DNA from: Candidatus Omnitrophota bacterium
GTDB lineage: Bacteria; Omnitrophota; Gorgyraeia; Duberdicusellales; 4484-171
Direction of reading: 5' to 3'
Length of the DNA stretch: 52,678 bases
Assembly (NCBI GenBank): GCA_043815185.1
Contig: JBDRJF010000013.1
Location: forward strand, 1-52,678
This document shows positions 8,510 through 17,960 of this stretch, one piece after another. The position numbers and the translations under genes are program-made. A model generated the notes under the pieces. That model was not told the origin of the DNA, ran no database searches, and saw only the letters and a list, made by a program, of their open reading frames with translations. The first letter of the stretch is position 1; each line of letters starts with the position of its first letter.

Positions 8510-9320
8510 CTTTGTTATTTTTGTTTCGCGCTTTTTGTTCTTCTGCGGATACTAATAATATATAGGGTTTAAGATTAATCGGGTTTTCCTTTACCACCAC
8601 TAATGTTTTGTAGACTTCCTCGATATTTTGATAGCTAAGCACTTCTTGAGGCGAACCTTCTTTGAATATTGCCCCTTCTTTAAGTAAAATTAATCTATTA
8701 CAATAGCTGCTTGCCAGATTCAAATCATGCAAGACCACAATTACTGTTAAACCTTTCTCTTTATTCAACCTTTTAACTAAATCTAAAATCCGGACCTGGT
8801 GAGCAATATCCAGGTGTGAGGTTGGCTCATCTAATAGCAAAAGAGAGGGTTGTTGAGCAAACCCTTGCGCAAGAATTACCCTTTGTTTTTCTCCTCCTGA
8901 CAACTCACAAATTTTCCGTTCGCGGAAAGGAAGAGTATCGGTCAAATTTAAGACATCTTCCAACACTTTATAATCTTGCTTCCTCAAAGCCTCAAATCTG
9001 CCTATATGGGGAAAACGGCCCATTAGCACAAACTCTTCCACTGAAAAGGCAAAAGGTATCTCTAAAATCTGGGGTATAACTGCTACCTCACGTGCAAAAT
9101 TACGGGGTGAAACTTTGCGAATATCCTTGTCCCTATATAAAATACCCCCCTTCCACGGTTTTAGTATTCCGGTTATGGCACGAAAAAGAGTAGTTTTCCC
9201 TGCACCATTAGGGCCGATAATACCCAAGAAATCTCCTTCCCCTGCAGAGAAAGATATATCTTTGATAACCTCCTGTACATCATACCCGCATGATAAATCT
9301 TTAACCTTTAATATATCCAT
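8502..9320 (-). CDS. btuD: Cobalamin/Fe-complex ABC transporter ATPase
   Basis: GPNGAGKT, LSGGE, LLLDEPTSHLD and VLHDLN motifs; B12 operon context. Confidence 0.85.
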   Translation of the reverse strand: MDILKVKDLSCGYDVQEVIKDISFSAGEGDFLGIIGPNGAGKTTLFRAITGILKPWKGGILYRDKDIRKVSPRNFAREVAVIPQILEIPFAFSVEEFVLMGRFPHIGRFEALRKQDYKVLEDVLNLTDTLPFRERKICELSGGEKQRVILAQGFAQQPSLLLLDEPTSHLDIAHQVRILDLVKRLNKEKGLTVIVVLHDLNLASSYCNRLILLKEGAIFKEGSPQEVLSYQNIEEVYKTLVVVKENPINLKPYILLVSAEEQKARNKNNKDG

Positions 9321-9324
9321 TTAG

Positions 9325-9391
9325 ATCCTTCGACTTCGCTCAGGATTAATTCGGTTAAGTGATTTTTTGAAAAAAAATCACAAGTCTCATT
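9325..9391. repeat. Double-hairpin intergenic element, copy 2 (opposite orientation)
   Basis: ATCCT-TCGACTTCGCTC-AGGAT-TAATTC-[GGTT..GTGATTTTTT G AAAAAAAATCAC..AGTC]-TCATT. Confidence 0.65.
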
Positions 9392-10382
9392 AAAAAACTC
9401 GCCAGTGTTTAGATTTTAATAAGAAACTCAAGAAAAAGATCCCGCCAAATATTCCCGTAATTACTCCTACCGGTAATTCTAAGGGTCTAATGATGATTCG
9501 GGCCAGAGTATCACAAAAAATAAGAAAAGCTGCCCCAGCTATACAGGAAGCAGGCAGAAGCAGCCGGTGGTCAACCCCAATAACCCTTCTCATAAAATGA
9601 GGAACCATTAATCCCACAAAACCAATTATCCCCGATGCTGCTACGCAAGCACCGGTAATACAGGAAGCGGCAATAAAAAGTATTTTTTTAACTAGTTTTG
9701 AATCAACCCCAAGATGCAGAGCTTTTTCCTCCCCCAAGGTGAGGATATTAAGGTCTCGGGAAAAAATTAAAAGTAATCCAATAGCGGGAAAAATAAAAAA
9801 AGGTATAATCTTTATCAAAGAACTCTCTGCTGATGAAAGATCACCCATTAACCAGAGAATTATTCCATGAACATCTTCGGCCCTGGAAACAGCAAATATT
9901 AAAAGCACTAAAGAAGAAAATAAAAAACTCAAAATAACGCCGCCCAGAATCAGGGTGGGATTGGAAAACTGCCTCCTGCAAGCAATAGTGTATACCAAAA
10001 ATATGCTCACAGCACTTCCAGTAAAAGCAAAAAGAGTAAGATAAATAGCAGAAACAGCTGAAATAACACCCAGGGTTGCTCCTAAGGCAGCTCCTCCAGA
10101 AACACCCAAAGTATACGGCTCAGCTAAAGGATTACGTAATAGGCCTTGAAATACTGCCCCACAGCATGCAAGGCCGGCACCAACAAAGAGTCCTAAAATA
10201 ATCCTGGGAAAACGAATCTGCCAAATAATATCTCTTTCGATACCGGAAGAACCAGGATGAAAAAGATAATATATAGCCTTTGAAAACTCAAGGCCGCTTC
10301 CGCCAAGTAAAATTGCCACAATAAGGCTAAGACCTAAAATCACAATTAGTAAAACTAATGTTAAAACTTGTTTTTTATTCAA
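9390..10382 (-). CDS. btuC: Cobalamin/Fe-complex ABC transporter permease (FecCD family)
   Basis: IRFPR, QGLLRNPLAEPYTLGVSGGA and GIIGFVGLMVPH motifs. Confidence 0.88.
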   Translation of the reverse strand: MNKKQVLTLVLLIVILGLSLIVAILLGGSGLEFSKAIYYLFHPGSSGIERDIIWQIRFPRIILGLFVGAGLACCGAVFQGLLRNPLAEPYTLGVSGGAALGATLGVISAVSAIYLTLFAFTGSAVSIFLVYTIACRRQFSNPTLILGGVILSFLFSSLVLLIFAVSRAEDVHGIILWLMGDLSSAESSLIKIIPFFIFPAIGLLLIFSRDLNILTLGEEKALHLGVDSKLVKKILFIAASCITGACVAASGIIGFVGLMVPHFMRRVIGVDHRLLLPASCIAGAAFLIFCDTLARIIIRPLELPVGVITGIFGGIFFLSFLLKSKHWRVF

Positions 10383-11289
10383 GGTTACTCCCTATCTGCC
10401 GATTGGCAGGCTTATCGCTAAAGACTTCTGGATGAAGAAGTGCTGCTACTTCTTTTAATCCAGCTAAAAAGCTATTGGGAGTGGGCCGGCAGACCTTATC
10501 AGCATCAATAACATAGATTCTATCGGATTTTGCCGCTTTTAGATCTTTGAATTTCTTCCAATACTCTTTTTCTCTCTTTGTGACATCACCCATAGTAACT
10601 AGCATAATTACATCGGGATTTCTCTTAAGAACTTCTTCCCGGCTTACCCGGGGATGTTTACCAGGGGTATCATCGAAAATATTAGCCCCGCCGGAATACC
10701 GGGTAAACTCATTGGTAAATGACTGTGGCCCTACGCTAACTAAAGGCCTTGCCCCCACTTCCCAAAAGACCCTTACCCGAGGTAAAGCCTTGAGTCTCTG
10801 GCTGATGAATTCTACTTCTGCTTCTACTTCCTCTATAATGGCTTCAGCTTCTTTCTCTCTGCCGATCAATTTTCCCAATTGAATAAAACTTTTTATAATA
10901 TCATCGAAATTATCGCATTCATCAAGTGCTACTACCCTTAGGCCCAGGCTTTTTAATTTTTCTATCGTCTGTAAGCGGTTTATTCCATTATTCGCCAACA
11001 CCAAATCAGGAGAAAGAGAATAAATCTTTTCAATATTAGGGCCTATTATGGTCCCGATTATTTCTTTTGTTTTTGCCTGCGGAGGGTAGTTGCAATAAGA
11101 AGTTACTGCTATCAAAGCCTCATCTAGGCCTAGTTGATAGAGACTTTCTGTGATTGATGGAGCCAAAGAAACTATTCTCTTACTTGTGCCCGTTAGGATA
11201 GGCTCTTCAGCATACCCCCCGAGAGTGGCTGAGCACAAGAATATTAAACAAATAATAAATTTGATTCCAATCCGTAGTCTCCTCATCAA
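10375..11289 (-). CDS. btuF: Cobalamin-binding periplasmic protein
   Basis: Signal peptide; RIVSLAPSITE, YCNYP and RPTP motifs. Confidence 0.85.
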   Translation of the reverse strand: MMRRLRIGIKFIICLIFLCSATLGGYAEEPILTGTSKRIVSLAPSITESLYQLGLDEALIAVTSYCNYPPQAKTKEIIGTIIGPNIEKIYSLSPDLVLANNGINRLQTIEKLKSLGLRVVALDECDNFDDIIKSFIQLGKLIGREKEAEAIIEEVEAEVEFISQRLKALPRVRVFWEVGARPLVSVGPQSFTNEFTRYSGGANIFDDTPGKHPRVSREEVLKRNPDVIMLVTMGDVTKREKEYWKKFKDLKAAKSDRIYVIDADKVCRPTPNSFLAGLKEVAALLHPEVFSDKPANRQIGSNLE

Positions 11290-11317
11290 TATACCCGTTC
11301 AGCCTTACGCTCTAGGT

Positions 11318-12103
11318 TTATCCCGGAATGAAGGCAGGATGAATAAATCCCGCTAGGGTTTCTAAGCCCTGTGCTGCTCTTGGTCCAGGACGACAAACCA
11401 GCTTTGCGTCAATCTGATAAATTCGATTATTAAAATATGCGTCAGTTTGTTTAAAACGAGACTGATTCTTTGCGTAAAATAGCAAATCTGCAGTTTCTCT
11501 ATGCCCTTTAGAGACAATAATAACTTGGGGATTCTTCTCAATGATAGCCTCTAGCAAATCATCAACATTATCTCTATCAATATCCTGTATAATATTTATT
11601 CCCCCAGCTACCTCAATTAGTTTATTAATTGTGCAAGATTTTAGGGCGATGCACAGCGGATCGTGAGAACATATATAGCAAACCCTTGGTTTCGGAATCA
11701 AGGCCTTAACCTTCTGGCATATCTTTTCAATCTTTCCCTTTATGTCTTCAGCTACTTGAGAAGCTTTCTCTTGGCAGCCGATAAGTCTTCCTACCAAGGT
11801 TATGGCCTGAGGGACATCTAAGACTGTCCTTGATTCTATCGCATAAACAGGAATTCCTTCAGCTTTTAATAGCGGCATAACCCTTAAATGAAAACGGAAA
11901 TTTGTAGATAACACTAAATCCGGGGAAAGTGATGCTATCTTTTTTATGTCAGGCCTGGCAAAACCGCCGATTTTGTCTATTAGCCCGGCTTCTCGAGGGT
12001 AATCACAGCACTCACTTACCCCTACCAGCTTATCGCCTTCTCCTAAGGCAAAGACGATTTCAGTATTAGACGGTGCCAGAGAAATAATTCTTCTGATATT
12101 CAT
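11318..12103 (-). CDS. Second BtuF-like binding protein, without an evident signal peptide
   Basis: Starts directly at RIISLAPSNTE; VGVSECCDYP and RPGPR motifs. Confidence 0.85.
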   Translation of the reverse strand: MNIRRIISLAPSNTEIVFALGEGDKLVGVSECCDYPREAGLIDKIGGFARPDIKKIASLSPDLVLSTNFRFHLRVMPLLKAEGIPVYAIESRTVLDVPQAITLVGRLIGCQEKASQVAEDIKGKIEKICQKVKALIPKPRVCYICSHDPLCIALKSCTINKLIEVAGGINIIQDIDRDNVDDLLEAIIEKNPQVIIVSKGHRETADLLFYAKNQSRFKQTDAYFNNRIYQIDAKLVCRPGPRAAQGLETLAGFIHPAFIPG

Positions 12104-12758
12104 TTTTCTCCAACTTGAGTTTCAAGAACCAATTTTTACCCTCTAGCACCTTTCCTTCAATAATAAACTCTATTAATTTTTTAAAAATTGGGCCATTGTA
12201 GACAAAGGTATGGTATTCGCCAGCTTCACCGCATAAATCAACACTAGTTACTTCTCCCAAATCCCTTATGAACTTCTCATCTATTTTACGCCCTACCCAT
12301 GTCGAACCTAAAACATCGGGCTTAACAGCTACGACAACTGCTTCAAACCCAGAATGAATAAATTCTTCAAGAATCTCACCTCTTTCTCTCTGCCATAAGG
12401 GGAAAATTGGCTTAATGTTACATTCTTTACAAACCCTTTCCACCCAGTCTCTATGCACTTGGAAATCGATATCCCCAAAGATACCAGTATTTATTCCCTT
12501 CTCCTTCAACTGCCAAACAGCCTTTTTAAATTCCTCCTCGTAAGTCTCCCAGGTAGTCCTTCTTTGAACTATAGGTATGCCTATTGCCTGTGCTTGCGCC
12601 CTTAGCAGTTTTGAACTAACTCCGTGAGTACGGGAATGCTTACCGTCCTCGGAAATCATATTCAGAAGATATGCGATTTCGACATCCTGATTCTGTGCTG
12701 CCTTATAAAAGGAGAGGGACGTCTCTTTACCACCACTCCAGGAAACAAATGCTTTCAC
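12066..12758 (-). CDS. DUF71 / diphthine-ammonia-ligase-like PP-loop ATP pyrophosphatase
   Basis: SWSGGKETS, FGDI, PLW and DLCGEAGEYHTFV motifs. Confidence 0.88.
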   Translation of the reverse strand: MKAFVSWSGGKETSLSFYKAAQNQDVEIAYLLNMISEDGKHSRTHGVSSKLLRAQAQAIGIPIVQRRTTWETYEEEFKKAVWQLKEKGINTGIFGDIDFQVHRDWVERVCKECNIKPIFPLWQRERGEILEEFIHSGFEAVVVAVKPDVLGSTWVGRKIDEKFIRDLGEVTSVDLCGEAGEYHTFVYNGPIFKKLIEFIIEGKVLEGKNWFLKLKLEKNEYQKNYFSGTV

Positions 12759-12786
12759 CTTACCCTTTTCCCTCCATTTATCACCA

Positions 12787-12806
12787 TTATCACCGCGTAG
12801 GTGATA
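12787..12806. repeat. REP-like palindrome, left flank of the Y1 transposase
   Basis: TTATCACC-GCGTA-GGTGATA; an extra half copy TTATCACC lies at 12778-12785. Confidence 0.8.
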
Positions 12807-12818
12807 GCTGGTTAAAAA

Positions 12819-13463
12819 CTATTCAGGAATTAAACCTTTCATTACCGCAAGTTCTCTTTGATAAAAAATTTGATTGTCTACAAACTTCCTGTATTCACCA
12901 GGACTTATTTCCAAAATGTGCTTAAACTCGCATATTTTGTCTTTTGTCGGCTTTGTTGCACGATATTCATAATAAGAAGAAAATTGCCAAAGTTCGGGTC
13001 TATCAACTAAATAAGCAGTAACTGGATTCAAGTGAACATATCGCGTCAAATGAATCAGCTGCTCATCTGTTTCTACCAATGCTCTCTTAAACCTCCCCGT
13101 CCAAAGAGGGCCCTTTCTATGATGCTTCGCGTTAAAGTAGTGAGTGTAGCTATTGAGCATTTTATTCATATAAATCGATATCCCATTCTTCTTTAATTGT
13201 TGGAGAACCAAGTGAATATGCGTAGGCATAAGGCTATAAGCGATGATTCGAACAAGCTTCTTCTTGTCTTGACGGTCCTTTTTATTAACAAGCTCATTCT
13301 TGTCTTTCCGCCGAGCCGCAAAGTAAGAAAACCTCAGGGGAGGATTTTCAACTTGGTAATATTGAATTAACTCTTTCATCCTTAAATATTCTGTTTCATT
13401 ATTAAAAATCACATACTTGGCGATACTCTTAGTCGTAATATGATACACTTTATCTATTTCCAT
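12819..13463 (-). mobile_element. Y1 (HUH) transposase, RAYT / IS200-like
   Basis: YHI near the N-terminus, AYSLMPTHIHL (HUH), YVHLNP (catalytic Tyr) and WQFSSY. Flanked by identical palindromes. Confidence 0.85.
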
Positions 13464-13475
13464 ATAAACCTCTAC

Positions 13476-13496
13476 TTATCACCGCGTAGGTGATAA
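13476..13496. repeat. REP-like palindrome, right flank of the Y1 transposase
   Basis: TTATCACC-GCGTA-GGTGATAA; contains the same 20-mer as the left copy. Confidence 0.8.
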
Positions 13497-13499
13497 GGT

Positions 13500-14822
13500 T
13501 CATAGTTTGTACTCGTATTTAAGGTTTTTTAATGCCTCCGGCCGCAAAAGATACTTTTCTTTTCTCTCGGATATCAATTTAAAGGCATAGCGGATTATTT
13601 CTTTGTAGAACTTACAAAAAACCGATTTTTTATACAGATTTCCCATTGAAGTCATCTCGGCCGGACAAGGTGCTCCGCAAATGTTACGCAACAGGCATAC
13701 ATCGCACTCAGGAATTTTCTCAACATAGCGGCCTCTAATTTTCTCAAAAGCTTCGGATTGCATTGCTTTCTCTATGGAATCCTTAAAAATATTTCCTCCG
13801 CTAAAATCTCCTTTTGCCCCCACAAACTCACCACATGGAATCATGTCGCCATTGGCCATTATAGTAAGAAAAGTCCGGCCGCCGCCGCAGGGAGAGATAT
13901 CACACATCATACGCCGCGCTGTCGGCGCAACAATAGCAATTACAATATTCGTAAAATTGCCAATAATAATGCTCTGTTTTGACTTCTTCGAAATTTCTAT
14001 TGAGCGCTCAACTGCCTTAATAAAATACCTGGTCATCTCCTTAACATCAGGACAAGAGCTACACGCTCCCTTACGGGTCAGGCGCATCGGATTCATAAGC
14101 ACACAACGCACACCTTTGCTATGTAAAAAATCAACTAATGCCGGAAGTTTCTTTACGTTCTTCCTCGTTATCGTTGTAATTACATTCAGGCCGCTATACC
14201 CGCGAAACCATTCAAGAGCCTGCACAGCTTTATCAAAATTACCACCGCCGGAAGATAGGCGCAGCTCATTATTTGTCTTAGCATCTGCAGCATCTATGGA
14301 AATACCAATGCTTACCTTATGATCTTTAATGAATTTCACATCCTCTTTTTCCAACAGCAAGGCGTTTGTCTGAATCCCGAAATAAAGCTTATCTTTAAAC
14401 CTTGCAATGGAATTAAACAAAACATCCTTGACCATAAGCGGCTCTGCCGCATGAAAAATAATAACCGGAGTCCTTTTTGTTTTTCCAAAGTATGCTGTCA
14501 CCTTGATCAATAATCTATCAAGCTGAGCTTGGCTGATGGATTGCCCGTTCTTTCGCGTTTGCACCGGAAGATAGCAGTAGGGGCACTGTGCATTACAGCG
14601 GTCAGTCGGATCAACGTAAACAGCGGTCAACCCGGTTTTAAAACGAAAATCATGCATTTCCCTATCGCAGGAATTCTTTTGCTTCTCGTATAATGAGAGC
14701 AATTCCCGCGATATAAAACCATTCGACTCGCTTCTGTTCTTTACAATGCCCCAAAATACATTATCCGGATCAAGAAAAACCTGCTGATCTTTAGTGATTT
14801 GTTCGCAATGTAACCCCTTCAT
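13500..14822 (-). CDS. cbpB: Peptide-modifying radical SAM/SPASM enzyme, CbpB-like
   Basis: RCNAQCPYC; LDPDNVFW near the N-terminus; RRMMCDISPCGGGR and the SPASM motif CDVC...CGAPCPAE...C. The ATG at 14822 lies just after the upstream stop (the ORF track start is 14858). Confidence 0.75.
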   Translation of the reverse strand: MKGLHCEQITKDQQVFLDPDNVFWGIVKNRSESNGFISRELLSLYEKQKNSCDREMHDFRFKTGLTAVYVDPTDRCNAQCPYCYLPVQTRKNGQSISQAQLDRLLIKVTAYFGKTKRTPVIIFHAAEPLMVKDVLFNSIARFKDKLYFGIQTNALLLEKEDVKFIKDHKVSIGISIDAADAKTNNELRLSSGGGNFDKAVQALEWFRGYSGLNVITTITRKNVKKLPALVDFLHSKGVRCVLMNPMRLTRKGACSSCPDVKEMTRYFIKAVERSIEISKKSKQSIIIGNFTNIVIAIVAPTARRMMCDISPCGGGRTFLTIMANGDMIPCGEFVGAKGDFSGGNIFKDSIEKAMQSEAFEKIRGRYVEKIPECDVCLLRNICGAPCPAEMTSMGNLYKKSVFCKFYKEIIRYAFKLISERKEKYLLRPEALKNLKYEYKL

Positions 14823-14823
14823 T

Positions 14824-14988
14824 TTACAGTAATGTTTTTTCTTCCTTGATATCGCCATACATCACAAAGTGAGAAAGGCCATTCGCAGTTTTAGGACACT
14901 TCAAGCGATAAGAAATTGCCTTAGTCTTAGGCGCTGTTTTCTTGCCCATACCTTTTTGGCTTTTAACTTTTGCTTTTTGACTACTCAT
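14824..14988 (-). CDS. cbpA: CbpA-like precursor peptide, embedded in frame in the 3' end of the upstream ORF
   Basis: MSSQKAKVKSQKGMGKKTAPKTKAISYRLKCPKTANGLSHFVMYG...: Lys-rich leader plus RxxCxxxxxGLSH motif. It has its own RBS-like AGGTGGAG before the ATG at 14988 and lies directly upstream of cbpB. Confidence 0.65.
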   Translation of the reverse strand: MSSQKAKVKSQKGMGKKTAPKTKAISYRLKCPKTANGLSHFVMYGDIKEEKTLL

Positions 14989-15948
14989 AACACTCCACCT
15001 TCCTTTGTTTTTTGTTCCTAATACCTTCCAATTCAAAATACACCCACAAACCTTACAATGAAATGCAGCCGGCTGCATCCCTGCCCCGCAACAAGGACAT
15101 TTTTTTTCTCCATCTCTAGGTTTGGGGATATCCCCGATTACATCCTTATATATCCGATAATAATAGTAGTGCTCTTTGTCCCAAAACTTTATCGGAGAAG
15201 ACTTTTTCGCTTCTTTGAATTCTTTGTCGCAGACTTTTGAACTAATAACTTCGCGAATTTTTGTCATCCCTGAACCGAACTCTAGAGGTCTTTTATCCTG
15301 CCAGATAATATCCGGAGGTAAACTATTCTCAAATGCCTTTCTTAAAATCCACTTGCCCCACAAATTACCCCCCTCTTGCCTTATCTTATTCTCTGCAGGA
15401 ATTCTTAAAGCAAAGTCCATAACTTCTTTGTCCACGAAAGGTTGTTTAATTTTAATATTAAAAAAATCTCCTAATTCATTGGAGCTAAATTTCATTTGCC
15501 TAGATATCTTTTCAATATAAGCTTCCAAATCATCTATCTCCTGCATAAAAGAATAGCCTCCAAAGAGTTCATCGCTTCCATCTCCGGCCATTACAGTATC
15601 AATATTTAATTCAGCTGCTTTTTTCAACCCAAAATAAACCACTAGGTCATTGGGAATGGCCGGATCAAAGGTCTTGAGTGCCTTTATCACCTCGGGAAGA
15701 GAGCTTATAGCTTCATCAATACTTACCTTCCAATGATAATGTTCTATATTCAGAAATCTCACCAGAGATTCAGCATAAGTTTTATCATTCCCGTATGATT
15801 CTAAATTCACCGTAATCGCCTTAACCTTAGAATTAATACTGGCTAAAATAGCTGAATCTAGGCCGCCGGAGAAAAGTAAACCGCCAGCTTTATTTCTTCC
15901 AACTGAACTGATTAATTTCCTCCTTAACTCAAGAATCATATCCTTCAT
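14824..15948 (-). CDS. Asparagine-synthetase-like (synthetase domain only) protein with C-terminal zinc ribbon, read through into the CbpA-like peptide
   Basis: LLFSGGLDS (PP-loop), GDGSDELFGGY, KWILRKAF and CPCC...CKVC. No Ntn glutaminase domain. Confidence 0.8.
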   Translation of the reverse strand: MKDMILELRRKLISSVGRNKAGGLLFSGGLDSAILASINSKVKAITVNLESYGNDKTYAESLVRFLNIEHYHWKVSIDEAISSLPEVIKALKTFDPAIPNDLVVYFGLKKAAELNIDTVMAGDGSDELFGGYSFMQEIDDLEAYIEKISRQMKFSSNELGDFFNIKIKQPFVDKEVMDFALRIPAENKIRQEGGNLWGKWILRKAFENSLPPDIIWQDKRPLEFGSGMTKIREVISSKVCDKEFKEAKKSSPIKFWDKEHYYYYRIYKDVIGDIPKPRDGEKKCPCCGAGMQPAAFHCKVCGCILNWKVLGTKNKGRWSVMSSQKAKVKSQKGMGKKTAPKTKAISYRLKCPKTANGLSHFVMYGDIKEEKTLL

Positions 15949-16997
15949 ACAACCTCCTTTAGGGCAGTAAGGAGTTTCAAATTCTCCCTACGAGAACGCA
16001 CAGCCACACGAATATATTTATTATCTAAATTTCTAAAATTACTACAATCCCTGACAAGAATCCCCTTGCTTATAAGCGCCTTTTTTAAGGATTTTGAAGT
16101 GACATCCGCTTTTTCTATCTTTATCAAAAGAAAATTTGCCACTGAAGAATAAGGTTTTAACCCCTTGATTTTCGCTAAACCCTTGAGAAGAAAACTCCTT
16201 TCTTTTTTTATAAGTTTATAAGTTTTGCTGATATATTCTTTATTATTTAAAATTTTCTCTGCTGCTATTTGGGCTAAAGAATTTATACTCCATGGAGCTT
16301 GATGCTGCCTTAATTTATTAATAACCTCTTTAGGGGCGACAATATAACCTATTCTTAAACCCGGGAGAGAAAAGAACTTAGTAAAAGTCCTTAGCACAGC
16401 AATTTTCTTCTTCTTCGCAGCTTTCCAGATTAAAGTATAATCTCCCTGATTGGGTAAAAAATCCATAAAAGTCTCATCAATAACAAGTAATTTATTAGCT
16501 AATTTCTCAATTGACTTTGACTTATTTAAGATAAGATTACCGGTAGGATTATTGGGATTGCAAATAAAAGAAATATCTGCTTTATTAGAATAATGCCAAT
16601 TAAAGGCAAAATCTTCTTTCTCCTTAAGTTTTAAAAATTGTACTCTGCTATTTACCATTTTTGCTGCCCGTTCGTATTCTGAGAAGGTAGGCACAGGAAT
16701 AAGCGTAGTCTTTGGCCTGTAGCTAGACATAATAAGATAAATAAGCTCCACAGAACCATTGCCAAGAAGAATATTCTCATCGCTTATCCCCCAGTATTTA
16801 GCAATTGTTTTGGTTATATCCCTTGCCCTAGGGTCAGGGTAGTGTCGAATCTTATCAAAACCCTCACACAGTGCTCTCTTTAAGGCTGGCGGTAAACCTA
16901 AAGGATTAATATTTGCGCTAAAATCAACTACTTCTTTTTTAAATTCTCTCTTAACCTCGTAGATATTACCACCATGAGAAAAAGCTAAATTAGCCAT
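15945..16997 (-). CDS. cobD: L-threonine-O-3-phosphate decarboxylase
   Basis: HGGN, DFSANINPLG, CNPNNPTG and RTFTKFFSLPGLRIGY (PLP Lys); cob operon context. Confidence 0.9.
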   Translation of the reverse strand: MANLAFSHGGNIYEVKREFKKEVVDFSANINPLGLPPALKRALCEGFDKIRHYPDPRARDITKTIAKYWGISDENILLGNGSVELIYLIMSSYRPKTTLIPVPTFSEYERAAKMVNSRVQFLKLKEKEDFAFNWHYSNKADISFICNPNNPTGNLILNKSKSIEKLANKLLVIDETFMDFLPNQGDYTLIWKAAKKKKIAVLRTFTKFFSLPGLRIGYIVAPKEVINKLRQHQAPWSINSLAQIAAEKILNNKEYISKTYKLIKKERSFLLKGLAKIKGLKPYSSVANFLLIKIEKADVTSKSLKKALISKGILVRDCSNFRNLDNKYIRVAVRSRRENLKLLTALKEVV

Positions 16998-17959
16998 CTT
17001 AAAATAACTCCTGCAGAAACCATTAAAATAGAAGCAATTAAACTTACGGATAATGCCTCATTTATAAATAAGGGTTGTAAAATTCTTTTCTCTTCTCCCA
17101 GGTATGGTCTCTCAAAAACTTTACCTTGATAGGTAGAAGGGCCGCCTAATCTTATTCCTAAGGCACCAGCCATAGCTGCTTCTGATACTCCACTATTTGG
17201 AGAAGAGTGTTTATTGCTGTCTCTGGCCATTACCTCAATAGATTCCTTGAACCTCCTTCGACTTCGCTCAGGATAGTGAGCTTGTCGAACCACTCCTCCA
17301 ATAATTGCTGAAGAAACAGCTATCAAAAATCCAGAAATCCGGGCTGGGATAAAATTAACAGCATCATCTAATTTTGCTGAAAACCAGCCAAAGTGAAGAT
17401 ATTTCTTGTTTTTATACCCCACCATTGAGTCCAAAGTGTTTATGCTCTTATAGGCAAAAGCTAAAACCGGCCCTCCTAAAACTAAATAAAAAAGAGGCCC
17501 TACAATGCCGTCATTGGTGCTCTCGGCAATGCTCTCTATCGTCGCAGCAACTATTCTGTCTTTATTCAAATCCTGGGTGTCTCTGCCTACGATTTTAGAA
17601 AGTTTCTTTTTAGCTTCACTCAAAGAATTCTTCTCCACTTCCTTTAAAACTTCTCTTGCCTTAACTCGTAAATCTTTTACTGAGAGGACAGCATACCCTA
17701 AATAAATCCAGGCTAAGCTTCCTAAAAAGGGGTTTAATCCTCCTAGGATCTCTATAAATAAATATGCCACAGAAGTGCTTATCCCGACAACAACAATAGT
17801 TAATATCACTCCGTTCAGCCGTTCTACCCATTTACTGCTACTTCCCCTTAAATTATTATCAAAGAAATTTATTAATTTACCCACTCCCTTTACAGGATGC
17901 GGAAACCACTCCGGATCACCCAAGAACAAGTCAGCGATATAGCAGTAAATTAATAAAAC
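16985..17959 (-). CDS. cbiB: Adenosylcobinamide-phosphate synthase (start codon unclear)
   Basis: DLFLGDP..HPV, IVGRDT, YKSINTLDSMVGY and HSSPNSG motifs. The in-frame hydrophobic N-terminus extends to 17959, but the first conventional start codon is the TTG at 17929. Confidence 0.88.
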   Translation of the reverse strand, partial: VLLIYCYIADLFLGDPEWFPHPVKGVGKLINFFDNNLRGSSSKWVERLNGVILTIVVVGISTSVAYLFIEILGGLNPFLGSLAWIYLGYAVLSVKDLRVKAREVLKEVEKNSLSEAKKKLSKIVGRDTQDLNKDRIVAATIESIAESTNDGIVGPLFYLVLGGPVLAFAYKSINTLDSMVGYKNKKYLHFGWFSAKLDDAVNFIPARISGFLIAVSSAIIGGVVRQAHYPERSRRRFKESIEVMARDSNKHSSPNSGVSEAAMAGALGIRLGGPSTYQGKVFERPYLGEEKRILQPLFINEALSVSLIASILMVSAGVILRWLI

Positions 17960-17960
17960 C

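Noticed and set aside
12066-12758. Diphthamide synthesis linked to the unusual EF-G
   Set aside because: Diphthamide is an archaeal/eukaryotic EF-2 modification needing other Dph enzymes that are not seen here; the gene's B12-operon context explains it better.
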